DNA of 64,000 bases from Selaginella moellendorffii (Eukaryota > Plantae > Lycopodiophyta), in NCBI RefSeq assembly GCF_000143415.4, contig NW_003314383.1:62001-126000 (forward strand), read 5' to 3'. Position 1 is the stretch's first letter. Every line of letters begins with the position of its first letter. Of the stretch, positions 12,844 to 24,061 are shown piece by piece. The translations under genes and the position numbers were made by a program. The notes beneath the pieces were generated by a model, which was not told where the DNA came from, did not search any database, and saw only the letters and a list, made by a program, of their open reading frames with translations.

Positions 12844-15800
12844 ATGCAGGGCAGGGGTTTCGGATTCGTCATGGCTGGCGGTGCCGCTTGCGCCGCCGGC
12901 CTCCATGCCATCGACGATGTGCCGTTTGAAGGCGCCATCCGCAGCTCGGCGCACCAGCTTTGCACGCTGAATGAGGTGAGTGCTTCATCCACCCTGGGCA
13001 GGGAAGGGAGATACAGCGGCCATTTCACATCTTGTGTGGCTTGGCTCAGAGCTTGCAAGGCTTAGACTCGAAGCACAGCGACGGTATGACCAAGACGCTA
13101 TCGGAAGATGTGAGGCGCAAGTGCGGCAACCTTAGCTGGGCCGACCTCGCAACCAAGCTGTCCCTGCTCATGTGGGAGCAAGCTGGGGTTGCCGACGATG
13201 GCTACAACAAGCTGCAGTGGGATGAGATACGGAACAGGGCAAATTACGTGACGGGAAGGCTGAGGGAGATGCAGGACAACTTCCCGGGCGACCACAAGGT
13301 GTTTAGGAGCACCTTTTGTGCCCTCTTGAACGCCTACGCCATCATGCATAGCATGCTCTGGAACCCGGCTTGCTCACGGTACGTGTACCCTCTCTTATCC
13401 TCCCGACCTTCCTCTCACCCATCTTTGCTCGGTTTTCAATCCAAGCAGGTGTTGTGTAGCTGCAGAATGGTGGATCTGGGGAATGGTGTATTCACAGTCA
13501 AACAGGCACAACCTGGACAGAGTCCTCGCCCGCCTTCAGCTCCATGCGCTCTACCTCAGCTCCGACATTCTGCCAGACGCAGCCAAGCTCTTTGCTGCAA
13601 CCAAAATCGTGCAGCCGGATCTGCTCGACGCGCAAAACTGCCTCATATCTAGCGTCCCGACGGCGTTGGACACTGTTGTGGGGGACAAGAGGCTCTTTCT
13701 GTCCATTTCCCCTGCTCCTGTCTCAGCCTCAGAAAGCCTACTTGCAGCTACACCAACTAGTCCCTCGTCCATGAGAGAGACTTTGATGCCCGAAGGAGCA
13801 CCGCCATTGCAACCGTTCCTGCCATCCGCCAGCATTCCTTCGGCTGTCTCCTCGCTGCCATCCACTATCGCCGCTGTTCCCTCCTCCATCGTATCCAAGG
13901 CAGTGGAAGCAGCCTCAGCTGTAGCATCTGCAGCATCGTCGGTTTTGGCGTCGGAAGTAGCACGCAGTGTTGAGGAAACCGAGCCAGAGGTGCCACAACA
14001 GGTTCAAGAAAAAGTAGAAGCTTTGAAGGTTAAGTCGTCTCTAGTTCAGTCATCCGAGCCACAGGTTGGCATGGATAACTTGGCGGGAAGGGTCTCCTTG
14101 GGTTTTCAGAAGAAGGTGGCCGATTTGCAAGACAAGGCCGCTTCTCTGCTGCAAATCAAGGCATCGGAACTGCAAAACAAGGTACTCATTATGGGAATTG
14201 GAGTGAGACTGAATAAACTTGACAGGTGCCAGCGAGGTTACTAGAATTGCAAGGGAAGGCTGGTCAGGTAGGAGCCGTGGCCTCGGACCTCCAATCCCGC
14301 GTCACCGCAATTCCGTCGGTGTTGGATGCGAAAACAAGCGAGATGCAGGCCCGTGTCGGGTCGACTCTGTCCTCCCTTCCCTCGCAAGTCCGGGAAAGTA
14401 TTTCAGACGCACAGGCAAAGTCCTCTGCAGAAATGCAGGCGACTGCTTCGTCAGTACAGTCTGGGCTGCGAAATAAAGTTGCTACTCTCTCATCGGCGAT
14501 ACAGGCGAAGGTTGCAGCAGAAGACGTTCAAGCTAAGGTGGCATCGGGGTTCAGGTCATCTGACCTGGTTTCAGACTTACGTGAGCCTTCGACAGAAGTA
14601 AAGTCAAGTGTACAATCAAGAATTCAAGCTCTCGAGTCACGAGCCTCTGCTTCTGCTCCAAAGCACCACCTTCCTCCAAAACCTCCATCCGTTGCAGTGG
14701 ATGTTCCACCGGCCGTGGCAACCGTGGCATCTGCTGTTGCGTCGGCGGCATCCGCAGCGATGGCGGCAGCTAGCTCCGCAATTCAGGCACAGGAAGCAGC
14801 ACCAGCTCCGCAAGTAGTTCCTGTAGCCATTGTCAGTGCACCGGGAAAGATGGCCAAGCCTTCAATACGCATGCCGTCTCCTTCGGGGCCCATAACTACA
14901 GAGACGACAATGGGAGGCCAGAAGGTGTTTGTGACACTCCCTGAGACTCCCAAGTTGCTGCCAGCTCCGGTGGAACAGCAAGCAGCAAGGGGCGGTAGTA
15001 TGGTGAGCTTGGCCGCGGCGTCCACGTTAGCAGCGCTCCCGCCCTTGGAGCAAGGGATATTTGATCTTCCGGCGGTGCCACTGGCAGTGTTCCCTACGGC
15101 TGAGAAGAGCCACTGCCTAGCCATAGTTCCGTTTCAAGAGCAGAGGCACTGCGTGGCCTTGATACCGGCGTTGGGAGCGGCATCTGGCGACAGGCCATTG
15201 ATTGCAATTGTGCCACACGAAGACATGAAGCACTGCTTGGCGGTGCTGCCAGGCGCCCGTAGTGTTGGTCTTCCCGAGCACAAGAAGCGGTGCCTGGCTA
15301 TCATTCCGTACCAGGACAAGGACAGCTGCCTGGCGTTGATCCCCACGTCACAGGAGGTGGCCTCGGCTGGCGAGCAACAAGAGAGCTCCCTGGCTGTGGT
15401 GCCGTTTGAGGACAGGCTCGAGTGCCTGGCGGTGGTCCCGACTGCGCCATCGGAGGCGCTTGCCAGCATGAGCGCGAGCAAGAGCGCGCAGGACCTGGTG
15501 CAGTGCTTGGCCATGCTTCCGCCTCAAGAACACGAGCACGGCGGCGTGGTGCGCAAGTTGGCAGTGGTTCCATTGGACGACAAGATGAACTGTCTGGCAC
15601 TACTGAGGCCCGACGGCCCTCTGGACCTGCGGCAGCAGTGCATGGCTCTCATTCCCGCCATGCCGGAAGCCGTCCACGCGAGGCTAGAGCAGCACAGGCA
15701 TTCCTGCTTGGCCATATTCCCGGCGTCCACGCCGGGTGGTGGCCAAGGCCAGGCGCTGGCACTCATTCCCGTGGCAGGAGCAGGAGCAGAGGAGGCTCCT

Positions 15801-18800
15801 TGCCTGGCGATAGAGCCAACCACCCCGGAGGCGGCCATGGCGGACCAAAGGCACTGCATTGCCATCATCCCCACCAACCCGGACGTGTGCATGGCAGACG
15901 GTGGCTTCTCGATTGTCCCCACGACACCGAACGCAGCCCTCCGCGACGCCAGCCAGTGCTTCGCTATCATCCCCACCGCTCCCAACCTCGCCTTGTGCCA
16001 CCAGAAGACCGTGCTCGCCATTGTACCTGCTGCACCGTCCGCCACCCCAGCAGGCCCCAGCACCAGCGCAGGCACCCTCGAGGCTGACAAGCCTCTTGTC
16101 ACTGTCCTCCCCTCCCCTTCTTCATCGTCCTTCCCGTTCGCGGACAAGCACAAGTTCCTTCTCCCGCCCGACGAGCCTACGACCGCCCAACTTTACGAGG
16201 AGCTCCAGCCGGTTGCGCACCTTATCAAAGTGGGGCTGAGGGAGCGAGTGCGAGCTCTTGTGGATGAGCTTGAAAAGCATGATAAGCAGCGGCAGGTGGC
16301 GGGAGTGGCTATCCTAGGCGAGGGCGGGCTTGGAAAGAGTGCAATACTGAGAGAAGTCCTTACGGAACTCCGGAGGAAAGGCGAACACGCAGTGGCGTAT
16401 GGAGAGACGAGCGTGGCATCTTCACCGGAGGCCCTCACGGACACCATCTCTAGCCTTGTCCACCAGCTTGGAGGGGATTCGAGGGAAGTATATTACAGCA
16501 CGCTGGAAGCCAGGCAAGCTCTCGGCAAGCAGCTGGCGCAGCTTGGGGCCAAGCAAAAGGCGGTGTGCGTGGCGGTGGACAATGTTTGGTCTGGTGCAGC
16601 TCTGAGGGAAATGCTGCCCAGGAACCTGAGCCAGTTGCTATCTCCGGCAAGCTGTGTTATGGTTACTTGTCCCTCCGAGTCCGTGGCACGGGCGCTGGAC
16701 GAGCTGTGCAAACCAGCACATCCGAGTGCTACCGTCAACTACTGTTTTTGGTGCTATCAACCCAGCCATCTGTCACCTCCAGAGGCCAAAGAAATGTTTA
16801 TGCTGCACGCGTCCAAGCGCGGGGTGCATCTCTTACCGGAGCATGAAGAGCTGGTTGACGATCTTGTCCCGCTCTGTGGCGGCCTTCCGCTCGTGCTGCA
16901 GGTTGTGGGCTCACACTTTGCAAGGTTTGCCCGACGGAAGAGAGACGAGTGGCTGCACATAGCAAAGAAGCTGAAGCTGGCACAGGAGTTCCAAGTTCGC
17001 GACGACGAGATATGCTCCAAGCTCAAGGTGATTTACGACGGTCTCGACCCGTCCTTTCAGGAGGCCTTCCTGGACGTTGCAACGTTCTTCCGCGGCGCCA
17101 ACTGGAAGATGGTGGAGAGGAGTCTGGGCAAGCACCAGCTCGCAAGCTTGGCAGATCAAGCTTTCGTGTTTGCCAAGCAAAAAGAGCCGGATGCACAATG
17201 GTGCTCGCAGGATCTACTGGATTCGGTGCCTGTGTGCAGGCAATCCATGAGGTTGAATACAGAAGTCGTGGAGATGCATGATTTGGTTTACTCTCTGGGC
17301 CACCAGCTTGCCAAGGGAAGCTACGTGACTTCCAGCGACGCACAGAGGTTGCCGGATGTCCTGCACAATAAAGGGGTAAGTGATCTCCCTCCCTCTCCTT
17401 TGCTTTGCTGATCATTCTTGTTTGCAGGAGCTAAGCATGATCAAGGGGCTTACATTGAAGAGGTGTCAAGAGCCTTTCCCTGTGGGACTCATCGACAAGA
17501 TGAGGAAGCTTCATGTACTCGTCTTCGAAGGCACGAGTATGATCGGTCACTGCCACCGCCCCCCGCACCAGCTGCGCTACTTGGTTTGGCATCCCCTGGA
17601 CCAAGGGAAGGAGAGAGCATCAATGCCGTTCAAGCTCAAGAGACTCAGCAAGCTTGCCGTGGCACATTTGCACAACATACGGTCTGATTTCACCGACATT
17701 GACGTAAGCTGAGGCAACAAGGCTAGCCAGCTCTCTAAAAACTTCTTGTTTGGCTTGTCCCTTGTGCAGTTCCCTCCGAAACTGGTGGAGTTGGAGCTAG
17801 ACAACTGCGTGAAGCTTGTTGAACTCCCCCGCTCAATCGGGAGCTTGAAATGGCTGCACAGCCTGCACATGCACAACTGCCACAGCCTGAGAGCACTTCC
17901 GGACTCGATTGGGGGCCTGGTCATGCTGCAGGAGCTTGTGCTCAGCGTGTGTACCAGCATCACGGAGCTGCCGCAGTCCTTGGGGAACCTCCACGACCTC
18001 GAGTACGTGGACCTTGCGGCTTGTTTCAAGCTCATGGCCCTGCCCAGAAGCATTGGAAGGTTGATGGCGCTCAAGGTGATGGACTTGACAGGATGCGAGA
18101 GCCTGACGAGCTTGCCGCCGGAGATCGGTGAGCTGCGGAACCTGAGAGAGCTGGTCCTCGCGGGGTGTGGGTCGCTCAAGGAGCTCCCCCCTGAGATTGG
18201 GTCGCTCACACACTTGACCAACCTGGACGTGTCCCATTGTGAGCAGCTGATGCTTTTACCGCAGCAGATTGGAAACCTGACTGGCTTGAGAGAGCTCAAC
18301 ATGATGTGGTGCGAGAAGCTGGCGGCCCTTCCCCCTCAGGTTGGCTTCCTGCACGAGCTGACGGACCTGGAGCTGTCCGACTGCAAGAACCTGCCAGAGC
18401 TTCCCGTGACCATTGGGAAGCTGAGCTGTTTGAAACGGCTGCACCTGCGCGGATGTGCTCACCTCAAAGTGCTGCCACCCGAGATAGGTGGCCTCAAAAG
18501 CGTGAGCTCGATTGACTTTCGGGGGTGCGTGAGCCTGGCATCACTTCCGTCTGCGGAGATTGCAAAGATGAAACCGCTCACGTTCCTGGGTGCCGAGTGT
18601 GGGCCTGCCACCGAGTTGTGGCCAAACGTCCACCACCTCAGTGCGCTCAAGCGGCTTGACATTGACGACAAGTCTGGCTGCTGCGTCCTTGTTCCAGCGG
18701 AGATTTGGTCGCTTAGCACGTTGGAGAGGCTTGCGCTGCGGGGTTTCCGGGGAGTAGGCGGTTTTGCCCACGCAAAGTGGAACCTGCCCCTGCTCACGTC

Positions 18801-19941
18801 CCTGTGGATGGAAGGCTTCACCAACGTCACCGCTCTGCCATCAGAGCTGGCAACTCTAACATCGTTGACCTTCCTGGTGCTGGCTGAGTTCTCGAGCCTC
18901 ACCGAGCTGCCGCCGGGCATTGGCCACCTGAGCAAGCTGGAGAGGCTGAGCCTGAGATGTAGAAAGCTCAAGACACTGGCGCCAGACATGTTCAGGGGGC
19001 TAACAAAGCTGCGTTGCTTAAGCTTGGCCGAGTGCGTGAGCTTGACGACGCTGGCCGTACCCAGAGGGAGCCTGGCGTCCCTAGAGATTCTCGACTTGGT
19101 AGGGTGCAGCAGCCTGACGGAGCTCCCGGCGGCCGTTGCCGGCATGAGCTCGCTGGAGAGGCTCAACTGCAGGGAGTGCACCGCACTCAAGGCCCTTCCC
19201 CCTCAAGTTGGCGAGCCAACAAGGCTGCAGGCACTCTACCTCCAGCAGTGCTCAACGCTCAAGGAGCTTCCGCCACAGATTGGGAAGCTGTCCATGCTGG
19301 AGAGGCTCGACTTGAAAAAGTGTGGCGGCCTAACGAGCTTGCCCTCGGAGATTGGCATGCTGTCAAGGCTCAAGTTCTTACATCTCAATGCGTGCACGGG
19401 TATCAAGCAACTCCCGGCAGAGGTTGGAGACATGCGGAGCCTGGTGGAGCTGGGGTTGGAAGGATGTACGAGCCTCAAGGGGTTGCCAGCGCAGGTTGGT
19501 CAGCTGCGCAGCCTGGAAAACCTTGGTCTCGACGGCTGTACGGGCTTAACATCGCTGCCAGCGGATGTGGGGAATCTGGAATCCCTCAAGCGTTTGTCAC
19601 TGGCCAAGTGTTCGGCCCTCGAGGGGCTTCCGCGGGAGGTGGGCAGGCTGCCAAAGCTCAAGCTTTTGCGGCTGGACGGGTGCACCAGCATGAGTGAAGT
19701 GCCTGCGGAGCTTGGACACGTGCAGACGCTCGTCAACTTGGGTTTGGAGGGGTGCACCTCGCTGAGCTCCATACCGCCGGGGATTTTCAGGCTGCCAAAT
19801 CTGGAGCTCTTGGACCTGAGGAGGTGCACACTGCTGGCTCAAGACGTGGGCTCCTCGTCGGACATGCACAAGTATGGCTGCACCCTGGTGACCAACGACT
19901 TGGACTGGGAAGGGTTTGAGGAGGTTTGGCTTTACTACTGA
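12844..19941 (+). CDS. NB-ARC-LRR (NLR) protein, ~2263 aa, with a very long atypical N-terminus. Exons 12844-12975, 13050-13378, 13449-14181, 14226-17375, 17428-17703, 17770-19941
   Basis: P-loop GEGGLGKS, Walker B VAVDNVW, CGGLPL, RNBS-D FLDVATFF and MHD (EMHDLV), then nearly 30 24-aa LRRs (LxxLPxxIGxLxxLxxLxLxxC). All six exons join in frame through GT-AG introns. The first two exons are less certain. Confidence 0.88.
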
Positions 19942-20334
19942 GTGGGGGCGGCGGATTTTGTTGAGCGAGCGAGCGCAGAGCTTTGATTCGATTCCCCTTG
20001 GCAATGGCAGAGGGTGTGGATGGATAATAATACAAGTGCAGTCAGATTTGTTCACATGGACCTCACATGACCGATGATATAACAAAACATATATCCTATA
20101 TAACACACAGGAAAAGTAAAGAAGAAAAGGTAAAGTAGATAAGTAGCCACTGAGGAGGAGCAAGGGTTGTTCTTCTCTCAACTGGCAAGAATGGACAAAT
20201 CCTCGTGCCTCCCGGAGCGGGCAGCCCAGCTAGGTAGATAGGGTTTGGGTCTCGCAGGGCCTCACGCGCCTCAAAACGGGGTTAGATGTTGTAGGCAAGA
20301 GGGGCGAGCAAGGGGAAGATCTAGAGAGGCGAGC

Positions 20335-23300
20335 ATGTCGACCACCAAGCTGACTTACTCTTCGGGCAGCTCCGCCAAGTCCAAGCACAGCGTCCGTGTG
20401 GCACAGACGACCGCGGATGCCAAGCTCCATGCCGTGTACGAGGAGTCTGGTGAGTCCGGGGACTCGTTCGACTACACCAAGTCGGTGAATGCAACCAAGT
20501 CCACGGGCGAGAGCATCCCGGCGCAGGCCGTCACGGCCTACTTGCAGCGGATGCAGCGCGGTGGCCTGGTGCAGCCCTTCGGCTGTATGCTGGCGGTGGA
20601 GGAGGGCAGCTTCCGCGTGATTGCTTTCAGCGACAATGCAGGGGAGATGCTGGACCTCATGCCCCAGTCGGTCCCCAGCCTCGGCGCCGGGCAGCAGGAT
20701 CTGCTGGGGATCGGCAGCGACGCGCGCAGCCTCTTCACGCCGGCCAGCGCCAGCGCCCTGGAGAAGGCGGCGGGCGCCATCGACGTGAGCATGCTCAACC
20801 CCATCTCCGTCCACTGCAAGACGTCGGCCAAGCCCTTCTACGCCATCGTCCATCGCATCGACGTGGGCCTGGTGCTGGACCTGGAGCCCGTCAAGGCCAG
20901 CGACACGAGCGTGGGATCCGCTGCCGGTGCCCTCCAGTCCCACAAGCTGGCGGCCAAGGCCATATCGCGCCTCCAGTCGCTGCCCGGCGGCGACATCGGG
21001 CTGCTGTGCGACACGGTGGTGGAGGAGGTGCGCGAGCTGACGGGCTACGACCGCGTCATGGCCTACAAGTTCCACGACGACGAGCACGGCGAGGTGGTGG
21101 CGGAGATCCGGCGCTCCGACCTGGAGCCTTACCTGGGCCTGCACTACCCGGCAACCGACATTCCCCAGGCCTCCCGCTTCCTCTTCATGAAGAACCGGGT
21201 ACGCATGATCTGCGACTGCTCCGCGGCGCCCGTCAAGATCAGCCAGGACAAGGATCTGCGGCAGCCCATCAGCTTGGCCGGCTCCACGCTGCGGGCACCC
21301 CACGGTTGCCACGCGCAGTACATGGGCAACATGGGCTCCGTCGCCTCGCTGGTGATGGCGGTGATCATCAACGACAACGACGACGAGTACCGCTCGTCGT
21401 CGGGCGGGGGTGGCGGCGGCGGCGCGTACCAGCAGAAGGGCAGGAAGCTGTGGGGGATGGTGGTGTGCCACCACACGTCGCCTCGCTCGGTGCCTTTCCC
21501 ACTGCGCTCCGCCTGCGAGTTCCTCATGCAAGTGTTTGGGCTCCAGCTCAACATGGAGGTGGAGCTGGCAGCGCAGCTGCGGGAGAAGCACATCCTGCGC
21601 ACCCAGACACTCCTGTGTGACATGCTGCTCCGCGACGCCCCCATCGGCATTGTGTCGCAGTCACCAAACATCATGGACCTGGTCAAGTGCAATGGTGCTG
21701 CCCTCTACTACGGCAAGCGCTTCTGGCTCTTGGGCGTCACGCCCAGCGAGGCGCAAATCAAGGACATTGCCGACTGGCTGCTGGAGCACCACAAGGACTC
21801 CACCGGCCTCAGCACCGACAGCCTGGCCGACGCCGGCTACCCGGGTGCCGCGTCACTGGGCGACGAGGTGTGCGGCATGGCCGCGGCCAAGATCACCGCC
21901 AAGGACTTTTTGTTTTGGTTCCGCTCCCACACCGCCAAGGAGATCAAGTGGGGTGGCGCCAAGCACGACCCCGACGACAAGGACGACGGGCGCAAGATGC
22001 ACCCCCGCTCCTCGTTCAAGGCCTTCCTCGAGGTGGTGAAGCGGAGGAGCCTGCCATGGGAGGACGTGGAGATGGACGCCATACACTCGCTGCAGCTCAT
22101 CCTCCGCGGCTCCTTCCACGACATTGACGACAGCGACACCAAGACCATGATCCACGCGCGCCTCAACGACCTCAAGCTCCAGGGCATGGACGAGCTGAGC
22201 ACTGTCGCCAACGAGATGGTACGCCTCATCGAGACCGCCACCGCGCCCATCCTTGCTGTCGACTCGAGCGGCTTTATCAACGGCTGGAACGCAAAGGTGG
22301 CGGAGCTCACCGGGCTGCCCGTGACCGAGGCCATGGGGAGGTCCCTCGCCAAGGACCTGGTGCTGCAAGAGTCTGCGGACATGGTGGAGAGGCTGCTCTA
22401 TCTGGCGCTTCAAGGTACGCCATGACACACTTTCACGTACCTCACGCTAGCTAACCAGTTTCGTGTGGTGTGAAACAACAAACCAGGCGACGAGGAGCAG
22501 AATGTGGAGCTCAAGCTCAAGACGTTCGGCGTTCAAAAGGACAAGGAGGCGGTCATTCTGGTCGTCAACGCGTGCGCCAGCAGGGACGTTTCGGACAATG
22601 TGGTGGGAGTGTGCTTCGTTGGCCAGGACGTGACGGGGCAGAAGGTGGTAATGGACAAGTTCACGCGCATCCAAGGCGACTACAAGGCCATCGTGCAGAA
22701 CCCCAACCCGCTGATACCGCCAATCTTTGGCGCTGACGAGTTTGGCTACTGCTCCGAGTGGAATCCTGCCATGGAAAAGCTGTCTGGGTGGAAGCGGGAA
22801 GAAGTCCTGGGAAAGATGCTTGTCGGAGAGATATTTGGCATCCAGATGATGTACTGCCGCCTCAAAGGCCAGGACGCCGTCACCAAATTTATGATCGTTC
22901 TCAACAGTGCAGCAGATGGCCAGGACACGGAGAAGTTCCCCTTCGCCTTCTTTGATCGACAGGGCAAGTACGTCGAGGCTCTCCTCACGGCCACCAAGCG
23001 GGCGGATGCCGAGGGTTCCATCACTGGAGTGTTTTGCTTCCTACATATTGCTAGTGCCGAGTTGCAACAGGCCTTGACAGTCCAAAGAGCCACCGAGAAG
23101 GTTGCCTTGTCCAAGCTCAAAGAACTGGCTTACATCCGCCAGGAGATAAAGAATCCGCTCTATGGCATCATGTTCACTCGGACTCTCATGGAAACCACCG
23201 ACCTGTCCGAGGATCAGAAGCAGTACGTAGAGACTGGTGCTGTGTGCGAGAAGCAAATAAGGAAGATCCTGGACGATATGGACCTGGAAAGCATTGAGGA

Positions 23301-23997
23301 TGGGTACGTAGTTTCTTTTATCTACATTTTGCAGCTAGCACGAGTTTTGTTTTTTTCTTGTCTAATGTCTGGCATTGGCAGCTACCTGGAGCTGGATACG
23401 ACCGAGTTCATGATGGGGACGGTTATGGACGCTGTCATCAGCCAGGGCATGATCACCTCCAAAGAAAAGAACCTGCAGCTGATTCGGGAGACTCCAAAGG
23501 AGATCAAGGCCATGTTTCTGTACGGCGACCAGGTGCGCCTCCAGCAGGTTCTGGCAGATTTCCTGCTCAACGCGATCCGCTTCACTCCGTCATCCGAGAA
23601 TTGGGTGGGGATAAAGGTGGCCACGTCTAGAAAGCGCTTGGGTGGTGGTGTGCATGTGATGCATCTCGAGTTCAGGTGAGACACGACAAGCTGAAAAATG
23701 TTTCTTTTTTATCTGATGGATTTTGCGCTCATACTGACACTGGCAATCCGTCCCGGCAGGATAACTCACCCAGGTGTTGGCCTCCCTGAAGAGCTTGTCC
23801 AGGAGATGTTTGACAGGGGCCGAGGTATGACACAGGAGGGCCTGGGCCTCAGCATGTGCCGCAAACTCGTCAAACTCATGAACGGGGAAGTGGAGTACCT
23901 CAGGGAACCCGGCAAAAACTTCTTCCTGGTCAGCCTGGAGCTCCCCTTGGCACAACGGGATGATGCGGGCAGCGTTAAGTTTCAAGCTTCCAGCTAG
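20335..23997 (+). CDS. PHY: Phytochrome (canonical PAS-GAF-PHY-PAS-PAS-HKRD). Exons 20335-22414, 22487-23303, 23382-23675, 23760-23997
   Basis: [26 protein letters not shown], chromophore Cys in [16 protein letters not shown] tongue, QEIKNPL and [10 protein letters not shown]. Conserved 4-exon land-plant PHY structure. Confidence 0.98.
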
Positions 23998-24061
23998 AGC
24001 TCTTGTAAATTAGTTTTTGCCCAAATTGTGCTTCAGTACATGTAAACTCCAGCTGTCAGCC

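Noticed and set aside
15081-16028. CRISPR-like or DNA tandem array
   Set aside because: The repetition is at peptide level with diverged DNA inside a eukaryotic exon. There are no constant DNA repeats.
20245-20334. Apparent N-terminal extension of phytochrome in the ORF track
   Set aside because: It starts at a non-ATG codon. The conserved protein starts at ATG 20335.
20230-21591. 453-aa antisense ORF over phytochrome (and similar antisense ORFs over the LRR, GSK3 and VIP3 exons)
   Set aside because: Shadow ORFs caused by high GC3 codon usage on the sense strand. No recognisable motifs.
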